From: a bacterium
Lineage (GTDB): Bacteria > Patescibacteriota > Microgenomatia > Levybacterales > UBA12049
NCBI GenBank assembly: GCA_021813145.1
Contig: JAKALS010000004.1
Coordinates: forward strand, 72,594-136,593
DNA: 64,000 nt
Reading direction: 5' to 3'
Made by a program: the position numbers and the translations under genes. Positions within the stretch are counted from its first letter, which is position 1. Each line of letters begins with the position of its first letter. Below the pieces are notes generated by a model. That model searched no databases. It was not told where the DNA came from and saw nothing but the letters and a program-made list of their open reading frames with translations. Of this stretch, positions 1 to 9,525 are shown in pieces.

Positions 1-15
1 TCGCCCCGTCTATTT

Positions 16-1212
16 CTAGGAATGTGTATTTTTTCTTGTTCTTTCATAGTAAAAAGTTGGGAGTGTCAGTTTAACCATGGTCCCTCTGTCTAATTCAGAA
101 GATATTTTAATTTTTCCGTTGTGCCTGTCGATTATCTGTTTACTTAGATAAAGACCGAGTCCCATTCCCTCTATTGTATGGTTTTCGCCTTTATAGAAAC
201 TATTAAATATTTTAGGTAAGTCTTTTTTAGGTATTCCTTTTCCCTTGTCTTCCACAGAGACGGTTGTATATTTTTTATCAGGCGATTCGATTTTTACAAT
301 TATCGAATTTTCCTCCGCGGAATATTTTGCCGCGTTATCTAAAAGGTTAATTACAACTTCTATCATCTTGTTAAAATCCGCAATAACGGTATCATTGGTT
401 ACTCCTACCCCGTCTTTAAATACTACTTTTCTTTGCTGATGATTCGCCTTAAAGCTCATTATTGCGTGTTTAACGATTTCTTTAAGACTTGAGGGTTCAA
501 ATTCATACTCGAGCCTTCCAGATTTTATCCTGTCAAGTTCCAGTAATTCGTCAATTAACTTTGTCAGCCTTGCCATTTCATCAAGGATATGCTCTACCCA
601 GTCTGTATTTAATTTTTCACCTTTTGCTAACCTTCTTTGCATTAATTGAACAAAAGTAGAAACAGTTGTTATAGGAGTTTTTAGCTCATGAGAGGCAAGA
701 GAAATAAATAAATCTCTTGTTTCTATTTCTTTTTCCAAATCCGCATATAATTGAGCTTTTCTTATGGATAACATAGAAAGCGATGCCAGGAGTTGTAGAT
801 TGGCCATATCTTCCCTTGTAAATTCTTTTGTTTCAGAGGTTACGGCAAGCGCCCCCATAGACTTTCCCCTGTTTTCCAAGGGGACTACCAAATCGGATTT
901 TATTTTTGTGCCTGTGAATTCGGAGTGGGCCCTTCGGAGATCCTCACCTTTTAATATTTTGGGTTTTCCGGTTTTGTATACCTTATAAATATATCCTTCC
1001 TTTCGCGGCTTTATTTTCCCAAGGAGCGGGTTTGTAGTATAGACAATTATAAACCTGGATTTTTCCCTTAAGAGGATAGAGGCATAGTTGGCTCCGGAAA
1101 TTCTTACCGCCTCTTTAGCTATAATAGCGTAAGTATCCGCAATTGTTACGGGCTGCAAAAACTTCACTGCACTTTCATATAATCCGTAAATGTTATTTAG
1201 TCTCTTACTCAT
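16..1212 (-). CDS. Sensor histidine kinase (GAF-like sensor + HisKA + HATPase_c)
   Basis: 398-aa ORF with H-box 'SHELKTPITTV' and G-box 'GMGLGLYLSKQIIDRHNGKI'; adjacent to an OmpR-type regulator on the same strand. Confidence 0.85.
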   Translation of the reverse strand: MSKRLNNIYGLYESAVKFLQPVTIADTYAIIAKEAVRISGANYASILLREKSRFIIVYTTNPLLGKIKPRKEGYIYKVYKTGKPKILKGEDLRRAHSEFTGTKIKSDLVVPLENRGKSMGALAVTSETKEFTREDMANLQLLASLSMLSIRKAQLYADLEKEIETRDLFISLASHELKTPITTVSTFVQLMQRRLAKGEKLNTDWVEHILDEMARLTKLIDELLELDRIKSGRLEYEFEPSSLKEIVKHAIMSFKANHQQRKVVFKDGVGVTNDTVIADFNKMIEVVINLLDNAAKYSAEENSIIVKIESPDKKYTTVSVEDKGKGIPKKDLPKIFNSFYKGENHTIEGMGLGLYLSKQIIDRHNGKIKISSELDRGTMVKLTLPTFYYERTRKNTHS

Positions 1213-1350
1213 AGAAGAATTCTAATGGGGAATTGTATTATATCACTCTTTGTCCAATTCGTTCTTACATTTTTCTTACTTCTTTTTTGTTGTGTTCACA
1301 TGCATTAAGAATAGTATTATAAATCCAAAAGATGAAAAAGGGAGTTAATT

Positions 1351-1518
1351 ATGAAACAAGATTTACAAAAAGTATTATTCTATCCGTTGAAGAAAATAAA
1401 TTCTGTAGTTATGGCTTTCGCTATAGTTGTTTCGTCGCCCTTAGACGATGAATCGGCAGAACACGTAAGTTCAATCGTCTTCGAAGGGAATAAGAAAACT
1501 ATTTTAAATCCCGTTTAA
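1351..1518 (+). CDS. Small hypothetical protein (55 aa) in the 300-nt gap between kinase and regulator genes
   Basis: ATG preceded by AAAGGGAG about 7 nt upstream; hydrophobic core; too short for the ORF track; no homology recognised. Confidence 0.3.
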   Translation: MKQDLQKVLFYPLKKINSVVMAFAIVVSSPLDDESAEHVSSIVFEGNKKTILNPV

Positions 1519-1520
1519 TT

Positions 1521-2192
1521 TTATTCTTTAATTATATATCCGAATCCTCTTACCGAGTGGATCAGTTTTTGGGGGAAACCGGAATCCACCTTTTTTCTTA
1601 AGTATCCGATGTATACATCTACGGATCTTGTTTCGATATCCGGAGAGGTATACCAAATGTTGTTGAGTATCATTTCTCGTGTTACAACCTTCCCCTTATG
1701 AGTTATAAGGTATTCAAGGAGCTTGTACTCTCTTGGAGTAAGCTGGATGAGTTTTCCGTCTCTCCTTACCTCGTATGTTTCCTGATCGAGCTCCAGATTG
1801 GCGACCCTTTTCTTCACTTCTGCGCTGGGGTGATTTCGAAGTCTTGCATTTATTCTTGCCAAAAGTTCCTCGAGCTCGAAAGGTTTTGTCACGTAGTCGT
1901 CTGCTCCGAGGTTTAAGCCCTTTACGATATCAAGGGTATCATTTCGTGCGCTAAGTATTACAACACGTAAATCCGGATAATTTGCTTTAATTTCTTTACA
2001 AACACTTTCTCCTCCCATATTGGGCAAGCCCAAATCCAAAAGGACAAGATCAACTTTTGTCTTTTTAAGCGCATTAAGAGCCTGTATACCGTCGTAAGCA
2101 CTGTGGACCAGAAACTGGTTTTCGGAAAGAAACTGCTTCAAGTATTCGTGTAGGTCTTTTTCGTCTTCGACTATCAATATGTTCCTAACCAT
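1521..2192 (-). CDS. OmpR-family response regulator (REC + winged-helix DNA-binding domain)
   Basis: N-terminal 'ILIVEDEKDL...VLLDLGLPNMGG' receiver motifs, C-terminal winged-helix 'YIGYLRKKV'; 223 aa. Confidence 0.9.
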   Translation of the reverse strand: MVRNILIVEDEKDLHEYLKQFLSENQFLVHSAYDGIQALNALKKTKVDLVLLDLGLPNMGGESVCKEIKANYPDLRVVILSARNDTLDIVKGLNLGADDYVTKPFELEELLARINARLRNHPSAEVKKRVANLELDQETYEVRRDGKLIQLTPREYKLLEYLITHKGKVVTREMILNNIWYTSPDIETRSVDVYIGYLRKKVDSGFPQKLIHSVRGFGYIIKE

Positions 2193-2201
2193 AGGGGTAC
2201 T

Positions 2202-2210
2202 ATTATATCA
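2202..2210 (-). promoter_or_regulatory. Extended -10 box (TGATATAAT) 9 nt upstream of the regulator ATG; probable leaderless transcript
   Basis: Minus-strand TGATATAAT-AGTACCCCT-ATG; no Shine-Dalgarno between box and start. Confidence 0.4.
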
Positions 2211-2315
2211 AATATATTCAAGTTTGTGCCCCTTTTACCCTTCTCTTACATTTTTATGCTTTAAACTTAAACTAAAATTGTTAACCTTTTAAAACTCTAA
2301 AAGGAGGTGAAAAAA

Positions 2316-2567
2316 ATGGGAGTAATTTCGTGGATTGTATTCGGGTTGATAGTAGGTGTGATAGCCAACTATATTGACCCTCAGGCGGCAAGAGGAGGAT
2401 TGGTAGGAGCCATAATATTGGGGATAGTAGGCGGATTGGTAGGAGGCTTTCTCTCCTCAATGGTTTTTGGAGTGGGAGTAACAGGATTTAACATAACTTC
2501 TCTTGTAATCGCTGTAGTAGGAGCTTTGGTGCTTCTTCTAATAGGAAGAGCTTTAAACAGAGCTTAA
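2316..2567 (+). CDS. GlsB/YeaQ/YmgE-family transglycosylase-associated small membrane protein
   Basis: Gly-rich twin TM pattern 'WIVFGLIVGVIANYI...GGLVGAIILGIVGGLVGGFL'; AAGGAGG SD 8 nt before the ATG at 2316 (the ORF-track start at 2307 is a GTG inside the SD). Confidence 0.75.
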   Translation: MGVISWIVFGLIVGVIANYIDPQAARGGLVGAIILGIVGGLVGGFLSSMVFGVGVTGFNITSLVIAVVGALVLLLIGRALNRA

Positions 2568-2615
2568 ATTAAAGTAAATGCGCGGATCTTCCTTTTTTCC
2601 GTGCATTTGCTGTGG

Positions 2616-2999
2616 CTATTTGCGGTTTTCTTCCTCTATTCTTTTTTCCAGAGTTTTAAGCTTATCGTTTATGGCCCTTTCTATGTCCACACCCGCAGCT
2701 TCTGCAAGCATCATTGTAGTTAAAATTACATCGGCAAACTCCTGGTAAATGTTTCTTTTGTCGAATTTTTCTAACTTAGCCCTTCTTTGCAGTTTTAAAA
2801 TTCCCAAAATATCGTTGCAAAGCTCTCCTACTTCTTCATTGAGTTTTACGGTTTTTGTGAGGATCTCTTTTTCTTTTTGAGAGTAGAGCTTATAATGGGG
2901 CCTTGATTTGGCATTAAGAACCGAAACTTTCTCTGCAAGATTTTTTAAATTCATGTTATACTGAGTATAACATGAATGAATTAATGATTTTATCTGCAA
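2616..2999 (-). CDS. MazG-like nucleotide pyrophosphohydrolase domain protein
   Basis: 127-aa all-alpha protein with 'EEVGELCNDI...EFADVILTTMMLAEAAGVDIE' resembling the MazG/NTP-PPase EExxE/D core. Confidence 0.5.
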   Translation of the reverse strand: MQIKSLIHSCYTQYNMNLKNLAEKVSVLNAKSRPHYKLYSQKEKEILTKTVKLNEEVGELCNDILGILKLQRRAKLEKFDKRNIYQEFADVILTTMMLAEAAGVDIERAINDKLKTLEKRIEEENRK

Positions 3000-3478
3000 A
3001 ATATCTTTTTATAGTCCCAGTGCTGTTAACGGTTATTTATATACTCCTTGAGTTTATAAAAAATAAAAAGGAAATTATTTTTTTTGCAGTTTTTAATCTC
3101 CCCTTATCTTTAATAATCGCCAAAATAGCAGGACATTTTTTTTATGACACTAGACCCTTTGTCAGAGGGCATTTTGTTCCGCTTATAAGTCATGCTCCCG
3201 ACAACGGTTTTCCCTCGGATCATGCTCTTTTGAGCTTTGCCTTAGCCTCGTTGGTTTTTGCCTATAGTAAGCCTTTGGGTTTAATCCTTTTTGCGATAGG
3301 TCTAATAGTCGGATTTTCAAGGGTTTATGTAGGCGTTCATTCTCCCCTAGATATAGCCGGGAGTTTTGTTATAAGCGTCCTTATTGCCTGTCTCGTTTAT
3401 CTGTTCTTAAAGACGAAGAGGGGGCAGGCATTTTTTGTTAAATTTAATTCCCTGAGTTTGCAAAAGAAAACCTCATAA
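2972..3478 (+). CDS. PAP2-family phosphatase (undecaprenyl-diphosphatase-like membrane protein)
   Basis: PAP2 motifs 'PSDHA' and 'SRVYVGVHSPLD' within a multi-TM protein. Confidence 0.75.
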   Translation: MNELMILSAKYLFIVPVLLTVIYILLEFIKNKKEIIFFAVFNLPLSLIIAKIAGHFFYDTRPFVRGHFVPLISHAPDNGFPSDHALLSFALASLVFAYSKPLGLILFAIGLIVGFSRVYVGVHSPLDIAGSFVISVLIACLVYLFLKTKRGQAFFVKFNSLSLQKKTS

Positions 3479-3492
3479 CCTACAATAAGCTC

Positions 3493-3873
3493 ATGAAAGA
3501 ACTGGAAGTTGTCGGTGAAGAAACCTGGAATAAGAAAAGAGTGGCTCTTGGAATTTTTGTCCTTATATTGATTTTGGCAGGACTGTTTGGGTTTAAGACT
3601 TATGTGCTGGATAAAAATTCTCCTTCACAATCCGTAGAGGGGGCATCGGTTTTTGCGACACCCGCAGATACCTCAAGTCCTCTGCCCGACTTAAAGTCGA
3701 ATGTTTCGGATCAGATAAATACCCTCCAACAGGAGGCATCAAACTTAAATATAACCGATATTGCAACTTCATCGCCTCAAGTACAAAAGGTGATCAATGA
3801 TTTAAAATCTCTTCAGGATTTGCCAAAAAGCCAGGCAAAGGATTTTTGCCAGCAGGTATGTAACAGCTTATAA
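3493..3873 (+). CDS. Hypothetical membrane-anchored protein
   Basis: N-terminal TM helix, Ser/Pro-rich linker; no recognisable domain. Confidence 0.5.
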   Translation: MKELEVVGEETWNKKRVALGIFVLILILAGLFGFKTYVLDKNSPSQSVEGASVFATPADTSSPLPDLKSNVSDQINTLQQEASNLNITDIATSSPQVQKVINDLKSLQDLPKSQAKDFCQQVCNSL

Positions 3874-3875
3874 AT

Positions 3876-4880
3876 ATGGAAGAAATAAGAGAAAGAGTAA
3901 ACAATCTTATAAATAAGCTCGACATAGAGGAAAAACAGATAAGAATAAAAAGTATAGAAGCTGAGAGTACTGACCCGGCTTTCTGGCAGGACCACGTAAA
4001 TGCAGCCTCAAAAATGAAAGAGCTTTCAATGTTGCAGGAAGAAGTGGCAAAAGTGGACCTTTTAAAAAATTTTCTTTCGGAAGGTAAGGGCCAAGAGGCT
4101 GAAAAGCTTCTTGATGAGCTCGAGGAGCTTTTATATTTTTCAAGCCCTTATGACAAAGGCAATGCGATTGTGTCTCTGCATTCGGGACAAGGAGGGGTAG
4201 AGGCTATGGACTGGACGCATATGCTTTACAGGATGTATACAAGGTATTTCGAGCGAAAAGGATGGAAGTTTGAAGCGTTTGAAGAAACCCCCGGGGAAGA
4301 GACTGGGCTTAAAAGTGTCACAATTTCCGTAGAAGGTCCTTATGCATACGGACTTTTAAAGGGAGAAGCGGGAGTGCACAGGCTTGTACGTCAGTCTCCT
4401 TTTAACGCCGATAATTTAAGACAGACATCTTTTGCCCTTGTGGAGGTATTACCCGATGTAGGAGAAGAAAACGACATAGAAATAAAAGACGATGATTTGG
4501 AATGGGATTTTTTCAGAAGCGGAGGTCACGGAGGCCAGAATGTCAATAAGGTTTCAACAGCGGTAAGATTAAAACATAGGCCTACGGGAATAATAGTAAC
4601 TGCCCAAAGTCAGCGTTATCAGGGGCAAAACAGAGAATACGCACTTAAAGTTCTTAAAGCAAAGCTTTGGGTACTCAGAGAAGAGGAGCGCAAAAAACAG
4701 GAACAGGAGCTTAAAGGTGGATACAAAACTCCCGGATGGGGTAATCAGATAAGATCATATGTTCTTCATCCTTACAAAATGGTCAAAGATTTGCGGACAG
4801 GATTTGAAACCGGCAACACAGAGGCTGTTTTAGATGGAGATATCGACGAATTTATAGACGAGGAGCTTAGAAAACTCTAA
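3876..4880 (+). CDS. prfB: Peptide chain release factor 2
   Basis: GGQ motif '[12 protein letters not shown]' and SPF tripeptide '[16 protein letters not shown]'; reading frame is continuous (no +1 frameshift site). Confidence 0.9.
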   Translation: MEEIRERVNNLINKLDIEEKQIRIKSIEAESTDPAFWQDHVNAASKMKELSMLQEEVAKVDLLKNFLSEGKGQEAEKLLDELEELLYFSSPYDKGNAIVSLHSGQGGVEAMDWTHMLYRMYTRYFERKGWKFEAFEETPGEETGLKSVTISVEGPYAYGLLKGEAGVHRLVRQSPFNADNLRQTSFALVEVLPDVGEENDIEIKDDDLEWDFFRSGGHGGQNVNKVSTAVRLKHRPTGIIVTAQSQRYQGQNREYALKVLKAKLWVLREEERKKQEQELKGGYKTPGWGNQIRSYVLHPYKMVKDLRTGFETGNTEAVLDGDIDEFIDEELRKL

Positions 4881-4953
4881 AATTGAGTATAAAAGGGTTG
4901 ATAAAAATCCCAAAATATGTTTTACTTAGTGGAGGAGGTGAGAACTTTATTAA

Positions 4954-5412
4954 ATGGAAGAAAAACAAAACGATTTAGTCCACGATTTTAATCCTTCAGG
5001 AAAAAGCTTTAAGTTTACACCTAAAGTCGCACTTATTTTTTTAGTTATCATTTTGCTTGGACTCGGAAGCGGATATGCCCTTTCTAAAAAATCTTCACCG
5101 GTAGCAAAATTATCGGGAAGTAATGTAACTGCAAGTAATGGCTCTACGCTTCAAAAAGGAACTATTTACGGTTCGAACGATACTTCAACCTTTAAGGATA
5201 CTGCGGAAGGGGTATTGAATGTAGGCGGAATAGACGGAGAAGGAGCCTATCATTTAGTAAGACCGGGAGGCCCAAGTCAGGATGTTTATCTTACCTCTTC
5301 ATCGTTAGATTTATCCAAATTTGTTAATCAAAAGGTAAAAGTTTGGGGACAAACTCAGAAAGCTCAGCACGCCGGCTGGCTAATGGATGTCGGCAGGGTT
5401 GAAGTAGAATAA
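4954..5412 (+). CDS. Hypothetical membrane-anchored secreted protein
   Basis: Single N-terminal TM helix, Ser/Thr-rich; GGAGGAGGTG SD upstream. Confidence 0.5.
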   Translation: MEEKQNDLVHDFNPSGKSFKFTPKVALIFLVIILLGLGSGYALSKKSSPVAKLSGSNVTASNGSTLQKGTIYGSNDTSTFKDTAEGVLNVGGIDGEGAYHLVRPGGPSQDVYLTSSSLDLSKFVNQKVKVWGQTQKAQHAGWLMDVGRVEVE

Positions 5413-6185
5413 TGATAAAACTGGATAAAGTCTCAAAAAAATTCGGAACGGGAGTTTTTGGTCTCTCGGATATAAGTTTTGATATAGAAAAAGGAGAATT
5501 TGTTTTTCTTGTGGGTCCAACAGGATCCGGTAAGACTACAATTTTTAGGCTTCTTATAAGAGAAACATTACCAAGCGAAGGTTCTATTTTTGTTAACGGT
5601 TGGGATATAGTTACGTTACCAAAACAAAAGATACCTCATTTAAGAAAAAAAGTTGGAGTCGTTTTTCAGGATCTTAAGCTTCTTTCCGACAGGACAATAC
5701 TTGAGAATATCCTTTTGCCTTTGGATGTAGCGGGAGTGAGTCTAAATGAAGCTAAGGTAAAAGCCGAGGAAGTCCTAACTCAAGTAGGTCTTATTTCCCA
5801 CAAAGATAAATTTCCGATTCAGCTTTCGGGCGGAGAACTTCAAAGAGTCGCAATAGCAAGGGCCCTTATACTTTCTCCGGATATTATTCTGGCAGACGAG
5901 CCCACAGGAAATCTTGATCCTGCAACTTCCTGGGAAATAGTAAAACTTCTTTCTGATATAAATGAAAAAGGAACAACAATTCTTATGGCTACGCATAACC
6001 TCGATATTGTCAAAAGCCTTGCGAAAAGAATAATCGAACTTGAAAAAGGGCATTTGGTAAACGACAATAAAAACAATAAAGAAGAAAAAGAAAAAAAGTC
6101 TCATCCAAAAAAAGAGGAAGAAAAAGAAATTAAAGAAAAAGAAACAGGAGAGGAAAAAAAGGAGGAAAAACATGAAACACTTTAA
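5412..6185 (+). CDS. ftsE: Cell-division ABC ATPase FtsE with a C-terminal Lys/Glu-rich tail
   Basis: Walker A 'GPTGSGKTT', ABC signature 'LSGGELQRVAIARAL', Walker B 'ILADEPTGNLD'; followed by FtsX; about 40-aa KE-rich extension. Confidence 0.85.
   Translation: MIKLDKVSKKFGTGVFGLSDISFDIEKGEFVFLVGPTGSGKTTIFRLLIRETLPSEGSIFVNGWDIVTLPKQKIPHLRKKVGVVFQDLKLLSDRTILENILLPLDVAGVSLNEAKVKAEEVLTQVGLISHKDKFPIQLSGGELQRVAIARALILSPDIILADEPTGNLDPATSWEIVKLLSDINEKGTTILMATHNLDIVKSLAKRIIELEKGHLVNDNKNNKEEKEKKSHPKKEEEKEIKEKETGEEKKEEKHETL
6060..6180 (+). repeat. Purine-rich (A/G) low-complexity tract encoding the FtsE KE tail and containing the ftsX RBS
   Basis: About 120 nt almost devoid of pyrimidine runs: aaagaagaaaaagaaaaaaag...ggaggaaaaacatg. 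Confidence 0.6.
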
Positions 6186-7038
6186 AACTACATGGAGAAA
6201 TATGAGAAGATCCCCGTACCAGGCCTTTGCAGCGATTCTTATAATGATGTTGACTTTTCTTACGGTTTCCTTCTTTGTATTTCTAATAGGAGGTTCTTCG
6301 GAGGTTATTAATTATTTCGAATCCAAGCCCCAGGTTACAGCTTTCTTCAAAAATGACGCAAAACAAAGCGATATAAATACTCTAGAAAATAATTTACAGT
6401 CAACTGGTAAAATAGCTTCGATAAAATTCGTTTCTAAAGATGAAGCTTTAAAAATTTACAGAGAACAGAATAAAAATGATCCGCTTCTTTTAGACCTTGT
6501 TACGGCAGACATACTCCCCGCATCTTTGGAGATTTCAACTACTCAGATAGAAGACTTGGCTCCCATTTCGAATACTTTAAAAAATTCGCCTATTGTACAG
6601 GAAGTAGTTTATCAGCAGGATGTGGTTTCTGCTTTAACGTCCTGGACATCTGCCATTAGGAAAATAGGACTGGCTTTAATAGTTGTTCTTTCTCTCGTTT
6701 CGGTTTTTATAATGGTGACTATAATAGGAATAAAAATATCCCAGAAAAAAGAAGACATAGAGATAATGAGGCTCATAGGAGCATCCAATTGGTATATCAG
6801 ATGGCCCTTTATATTTGAAGGCATGTTTTATGGAGTAATAGGAGCTTTATTCGGTTGGGCGATAGCTTCCGGAGTTCTTTGGTACAGCACACCTTTTTTG
6901 GAATCCTTTTTAAGAGGCATTCCGGTCCTTCCCGTTTCTCCGCTTATTTTTGTCGAGCTTTTGGGAACAGAGCTTGTTTTGGCGGCCCTTTTAGGTGCCT
7001 TTTCGAGCTATCTGGCAGTTTTAAGATATCTTAAATAG
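6172..7038 (+). CDS. ftsX: Cell-division permease FtsX
   Basis: N-terminal 'RRSPYQAFAAIL' TM, large periplasmic loop, three C-terminal TMs; overlaps the ftsE stop. Confidence 0.8.
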   Translation: MKHFKTTWRNMRRSPYQAFAAILIMMLTFLTVSFFVFLIGGSSEVINYFESKPQVTAFFKNDAKQSDINTLENNLQSTGKIASIKFVSKDEALKIYREQNKNDPLLLDLVTADILPASLEISTTQIEDLAPISNTLKNSPIVQEVVYQQDVVSALTSWTSAIRKIGLALIVVLSLVSVFIMVTIIGIKISQKKEDIEIMRLIGASNWYIRWPFIFEGMFYGVIGALFGWAIASGVLWYSTPFLESFLRGIPVLPVSPLIFVELLGTELVLAALLGAFSSYLAVLRYLK

Positions 7039-7069
7039 AAACCGGCATAAAAATAATGTTATATGAGAT

Positions 7070-8347
7070 ATGAAATTAAAAATGAAAAAAATTCTTTTTC
7101 CGGCTCTTTTGATTTTGGTTTTTCTTTTTAACGTATCTTCGGGAGTTTTGGCTCAAAGTGCTTCTCCCACCCCCACTCCTTCTTCCTCTCCGTCCGACGC
7201 CTCGACAGCTACCAGTAGTGTTCCCGATTGCGCAAACAACAATATAAGCGTTGCGGATTGTCCTTCTTATTTACAAAATAAAATAAGCGGTTTGCAGGGA
7301 CAGGAAAAAACTTTGTCTACTCAGATTGCAGTGATGAATAGCCAGATAAATCTTACCGAGGCAAGGATTGAAGCAACTCAGGAGCAGATTACCAATTTGT
7401 CTTTGGACATCGATACGGCAGGTAAAAAAATATCGGGGCTTGAAAGCTCACTAAATTCCCTGGTAACAGTCTTGGCAAACAGGATAGTAGCAACTTATGA
7501 AGTAGGAACTATCCAGCCTCTTCAGATACTCTTAACTTCCTCTACGGCTTCCGACTTTTTCTCAAGGCTTAACTATTTAAAAATTGCTCAGGCTCATGAT
7601 AAGGAGCTTATATATGACACCCAGCAGGCAAAGGTCGATTACACAAATCAAAAGACGATTCTTGAGGCTGAAAAGAAGAAAGTTGTTGATCTTCAAGCAC
7701 AGCTCCAGTCTTATACTGACCAATTAAATCAGGAGAAATCGTCAAAACAGGATTTACTTACGCAGACTCAGGGAAATGAAGCTACTTATCAATCTTTGCT
7801 CCAGCAAGCTCAAGCTCAACTTTCAGGTTTTCAGAGATTTGTAGCAAATCAGGGTGGAGCTTCCATATTAAGCGGTCAGACTTATTGTGACGGTTGGGGA
7901 TGTTATTATAATCAAAGAGACTCGCAGTGGGGAAATACTCTAATAAATAACCAGTCCGGGTATACAATGGCGGGGTACGGGTGTCTGATTACCTCAATTG
8001 CAATGATAGCAAGCCACATGGGACATAAAGAAATTCTTCCGGGAGATATAGCAACAAGCGGAGACAGTAATTTTGCCGTAGGTACGGCAATGCTTAAATA
8101 CTCTATTTCGGTAAAAGGAGTTAATATTTCAAGAAGCGGAGTCTCTCCTCTCGACTCGGCTTTATCGAGCGGGCCTGTGATAGTAGGAATATATGCTTAC
8201 GGGGGAACCCATTTTGTTGTCCTTAAAAGCGGATCGAACGGAAATTATACAATGGATGACCCTTTTATAGCGGGTGGACATGACATATCTTTTACCGACC
8301 ATTATTCCTTAAATAGTATATTTGAAATAGACAGAGTCTCTATGTAG
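7070..8347 (+). CDS. PcsB/EnvC-like secreted coiled-coil protein with C-terminal papain-like (C39/CHAP-like) peptidoglycan hydrolase domain
   Basis: Signal peptide, about 200-aa heptad-rich coiled coil, C-terminal Cys-containing 'GYGCLITSIAMIASHMGH' block; directly downstream of ftsEX. Confidence 0.6.
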   Translation: MKLKMKKILFPALLILVFLFNVSSGVLAQSASPTPTPSSSPSDASTATSSVPDCANNNISVADCPSYLQNKISGLQGQEKTLSTQIAVMNSQINLTEARIEATQEQITNLSLDIDTAGKKISGLESSLNSLVTVLANRIVATYEVGTIQPLQILLTSSTASDFFSRLNYLKIAQAHDKELIYDTQQAKVDYTNQKTILEAEKKKVVDLQAQLQSYTDQLNQEKSSKQDLLTQTQGNEATYQSLLQQAQAQLSGFQRFVANQGGASILSGQTYCDGWGCYYNQRDSQWGNTLINNQSGYTMAGYGCLITSIAMIASHMGHKEILPGDIATSGDSNFAVGTAMLKYSISVKGVNISRSGVSPLDSALSSGPVIVGIYAYGGTHFVVLKSGSNGNYTMDDPFIAGGHDISFTDHYSLNSIFEIDRVSM

Positions 8348-8501
8348 ACTTTTATGTTCGATAGAAATAAAGAGTTGTTCATTTTGTTTTCTATATACTT
8401 ATCTTTATTAAACTTTGTTTTTGTATTTAAGGCTTATTCTGTTTCCTCACCGTTGATAAATATCCCCTATCTTGTTTTTAGCAATTCATTATAAGAAAAT
8501 A

Positions 8502-8954
8502 AAAAACAGGATGAATAAAGAGGAAGTTTATATAACAAAAAGTTTTGAAGAAACGAAATTACTCGGCGAAAAATGCGCAAAAAATCTTAAGGCCGGAGGA
8601 ATTATAGCTCTTTACGGTGAATTGGGAGGCGGAAAAACGACTTTCGTTCAAGGTATTGCTCTAGGACTTGGTATAGAAAGAAGGATAATTTCGCCTACTT
8701 TTATAATAGTAAGGACATACGAATTAAATATAGAAAACGCCAAAAATTTTTACCATATCGATTTATATAGAACACAAAATCAAGATGATATAAAAGGTTT
8801 AGGATTAGAAGAAATTATAAGTGATGGAAAAAATATTGTTGCGATAGAATGGGCAGAAAAGATGGGAGAATTTCTTCCTGAAAAAAGAACAGATATATTT
8901 TTTAAATATATAGAAGGTGATAAAAGAGAGATAAAAATAATAAAACATGAATGA
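8502..8954 (+). CDS. tsaE: tRNA t6A37 biosynthesis ATPase TsaE (YjeE)
   Basis: P-loop 'GELGGGKTTFVQGIA' and 'ISPTFII' motif; start placed at ATG 8502 (MNKEEVY). Confidence 0.8.
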   Translation, partial: KNRMNKEEVYITKSFEETKLLGEKCAKNLKAGGIIALYGELGGGKTTFVQGIALGLGIERRIISPTFIIVRTYELNIENAKNFYHIDLYRTQNQDDIKGLGLEEIISDGKNIVAIEWAEKMGEFLPEKRTDIFFKYIEGDKREIKIIKHE

Positions 8955-9525
8955 TATAGAAAAAGCGGTAAAAATTTTAAACCAAGGAGGAATCATAATT
9001 TTTCCTACGGATACGGCTTTTGGAATAGGCTGCCGTGTGGACAGGGAAGATGCCATAAAAAAATTGTTTGCAATCAGAAAGAGGCCAAGAGATCAGGCAG
9101 TGCCCGTATTATTTGATAATAAAGAAACAATAAAAAAATTTGTTACCGAAATACCTTCAGACGTAGAGGAAAAGTTAATGGACAGATATTGGCCCGGTGC
9201 TTTGACAATAGTAATGTCTTGCTTAACAGATAGAGTTCCCGTTCTTGTGCGGGGAGGAGGAAAAAATATAGGAGTAAGAATTCCCGATAATGAAACGATA
9301 CTTTCGATCATAAAAAAAACAGGAACGGGAATTTTGGGACCTTCTGCAAATTTTCACGGAGAGGCCACTCCCTACGCATTTGAAGACCTAAATCCTGAGC
9401 TAGTAGGATTGGTAGACTATGTAGTTCCCGGGGAATGTAAACTTAAAAATGCGTCTACTGTTATTGACTGTTCGGGAAATGAGTGGCAAATTATAAGAGA
9501 AGGGGCAATTAAGCTTAATTTATGA
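8947..9525 (+). CDS. tsaC: L-threonylcarbamoyladenylate synthase TsaC/YrdC
   Basis: YrdC fold motifs 'IIIFPTDTAFGIGC', 'RPRDQAVPVL', 'SANFHGE'. Confidence 0.85.
   Translation: MNDIEKAVKILNQGGIIIFPTDTAFGIGCRVDREDAIKKLFAIRKRPRDQAVPVLFDNKETIKKFVTEIPSDVEEKLMDRYWPGALTIVMSCLTDRVPVLVRGGGKNIGVRIPDNETILSIIKKTGTGILGPSANFHGEATPYAFEDLNPELVGLVDYVVPGECKLKNASTVIDCSGNEWQIIREGAIKLNL

Noticed and set aside
2307-2315. GTG start at 2307 for the GlsB-like gene as listed in the ORF track
   Set aside because: The GTG is the last three bases of the AAGGAGGTG ribosome-binding site itself. The ATG 9 nt downstream has proper spacing.
3876-4880. Programmed +1 frameshift site expected in many bacterial prfB genes
   Set aside because: The reading frame is continuous from the ATG; no early in-frame UGA or CUU UGA C slippery motif is present.
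5775-6173. Long antisense ORFs (132 aa and 78 aa) opposite ftsE, and similar shadow ORFs opposite the kinase, secD, recJ, trpS and the aaRS paralog
   Set aside because: They lie fully inside well-supported genes on the other strand. They have low-complexity (poly-Phe/Leu) translations from the purine tract and no RBS. They are typical shadow ORFs.
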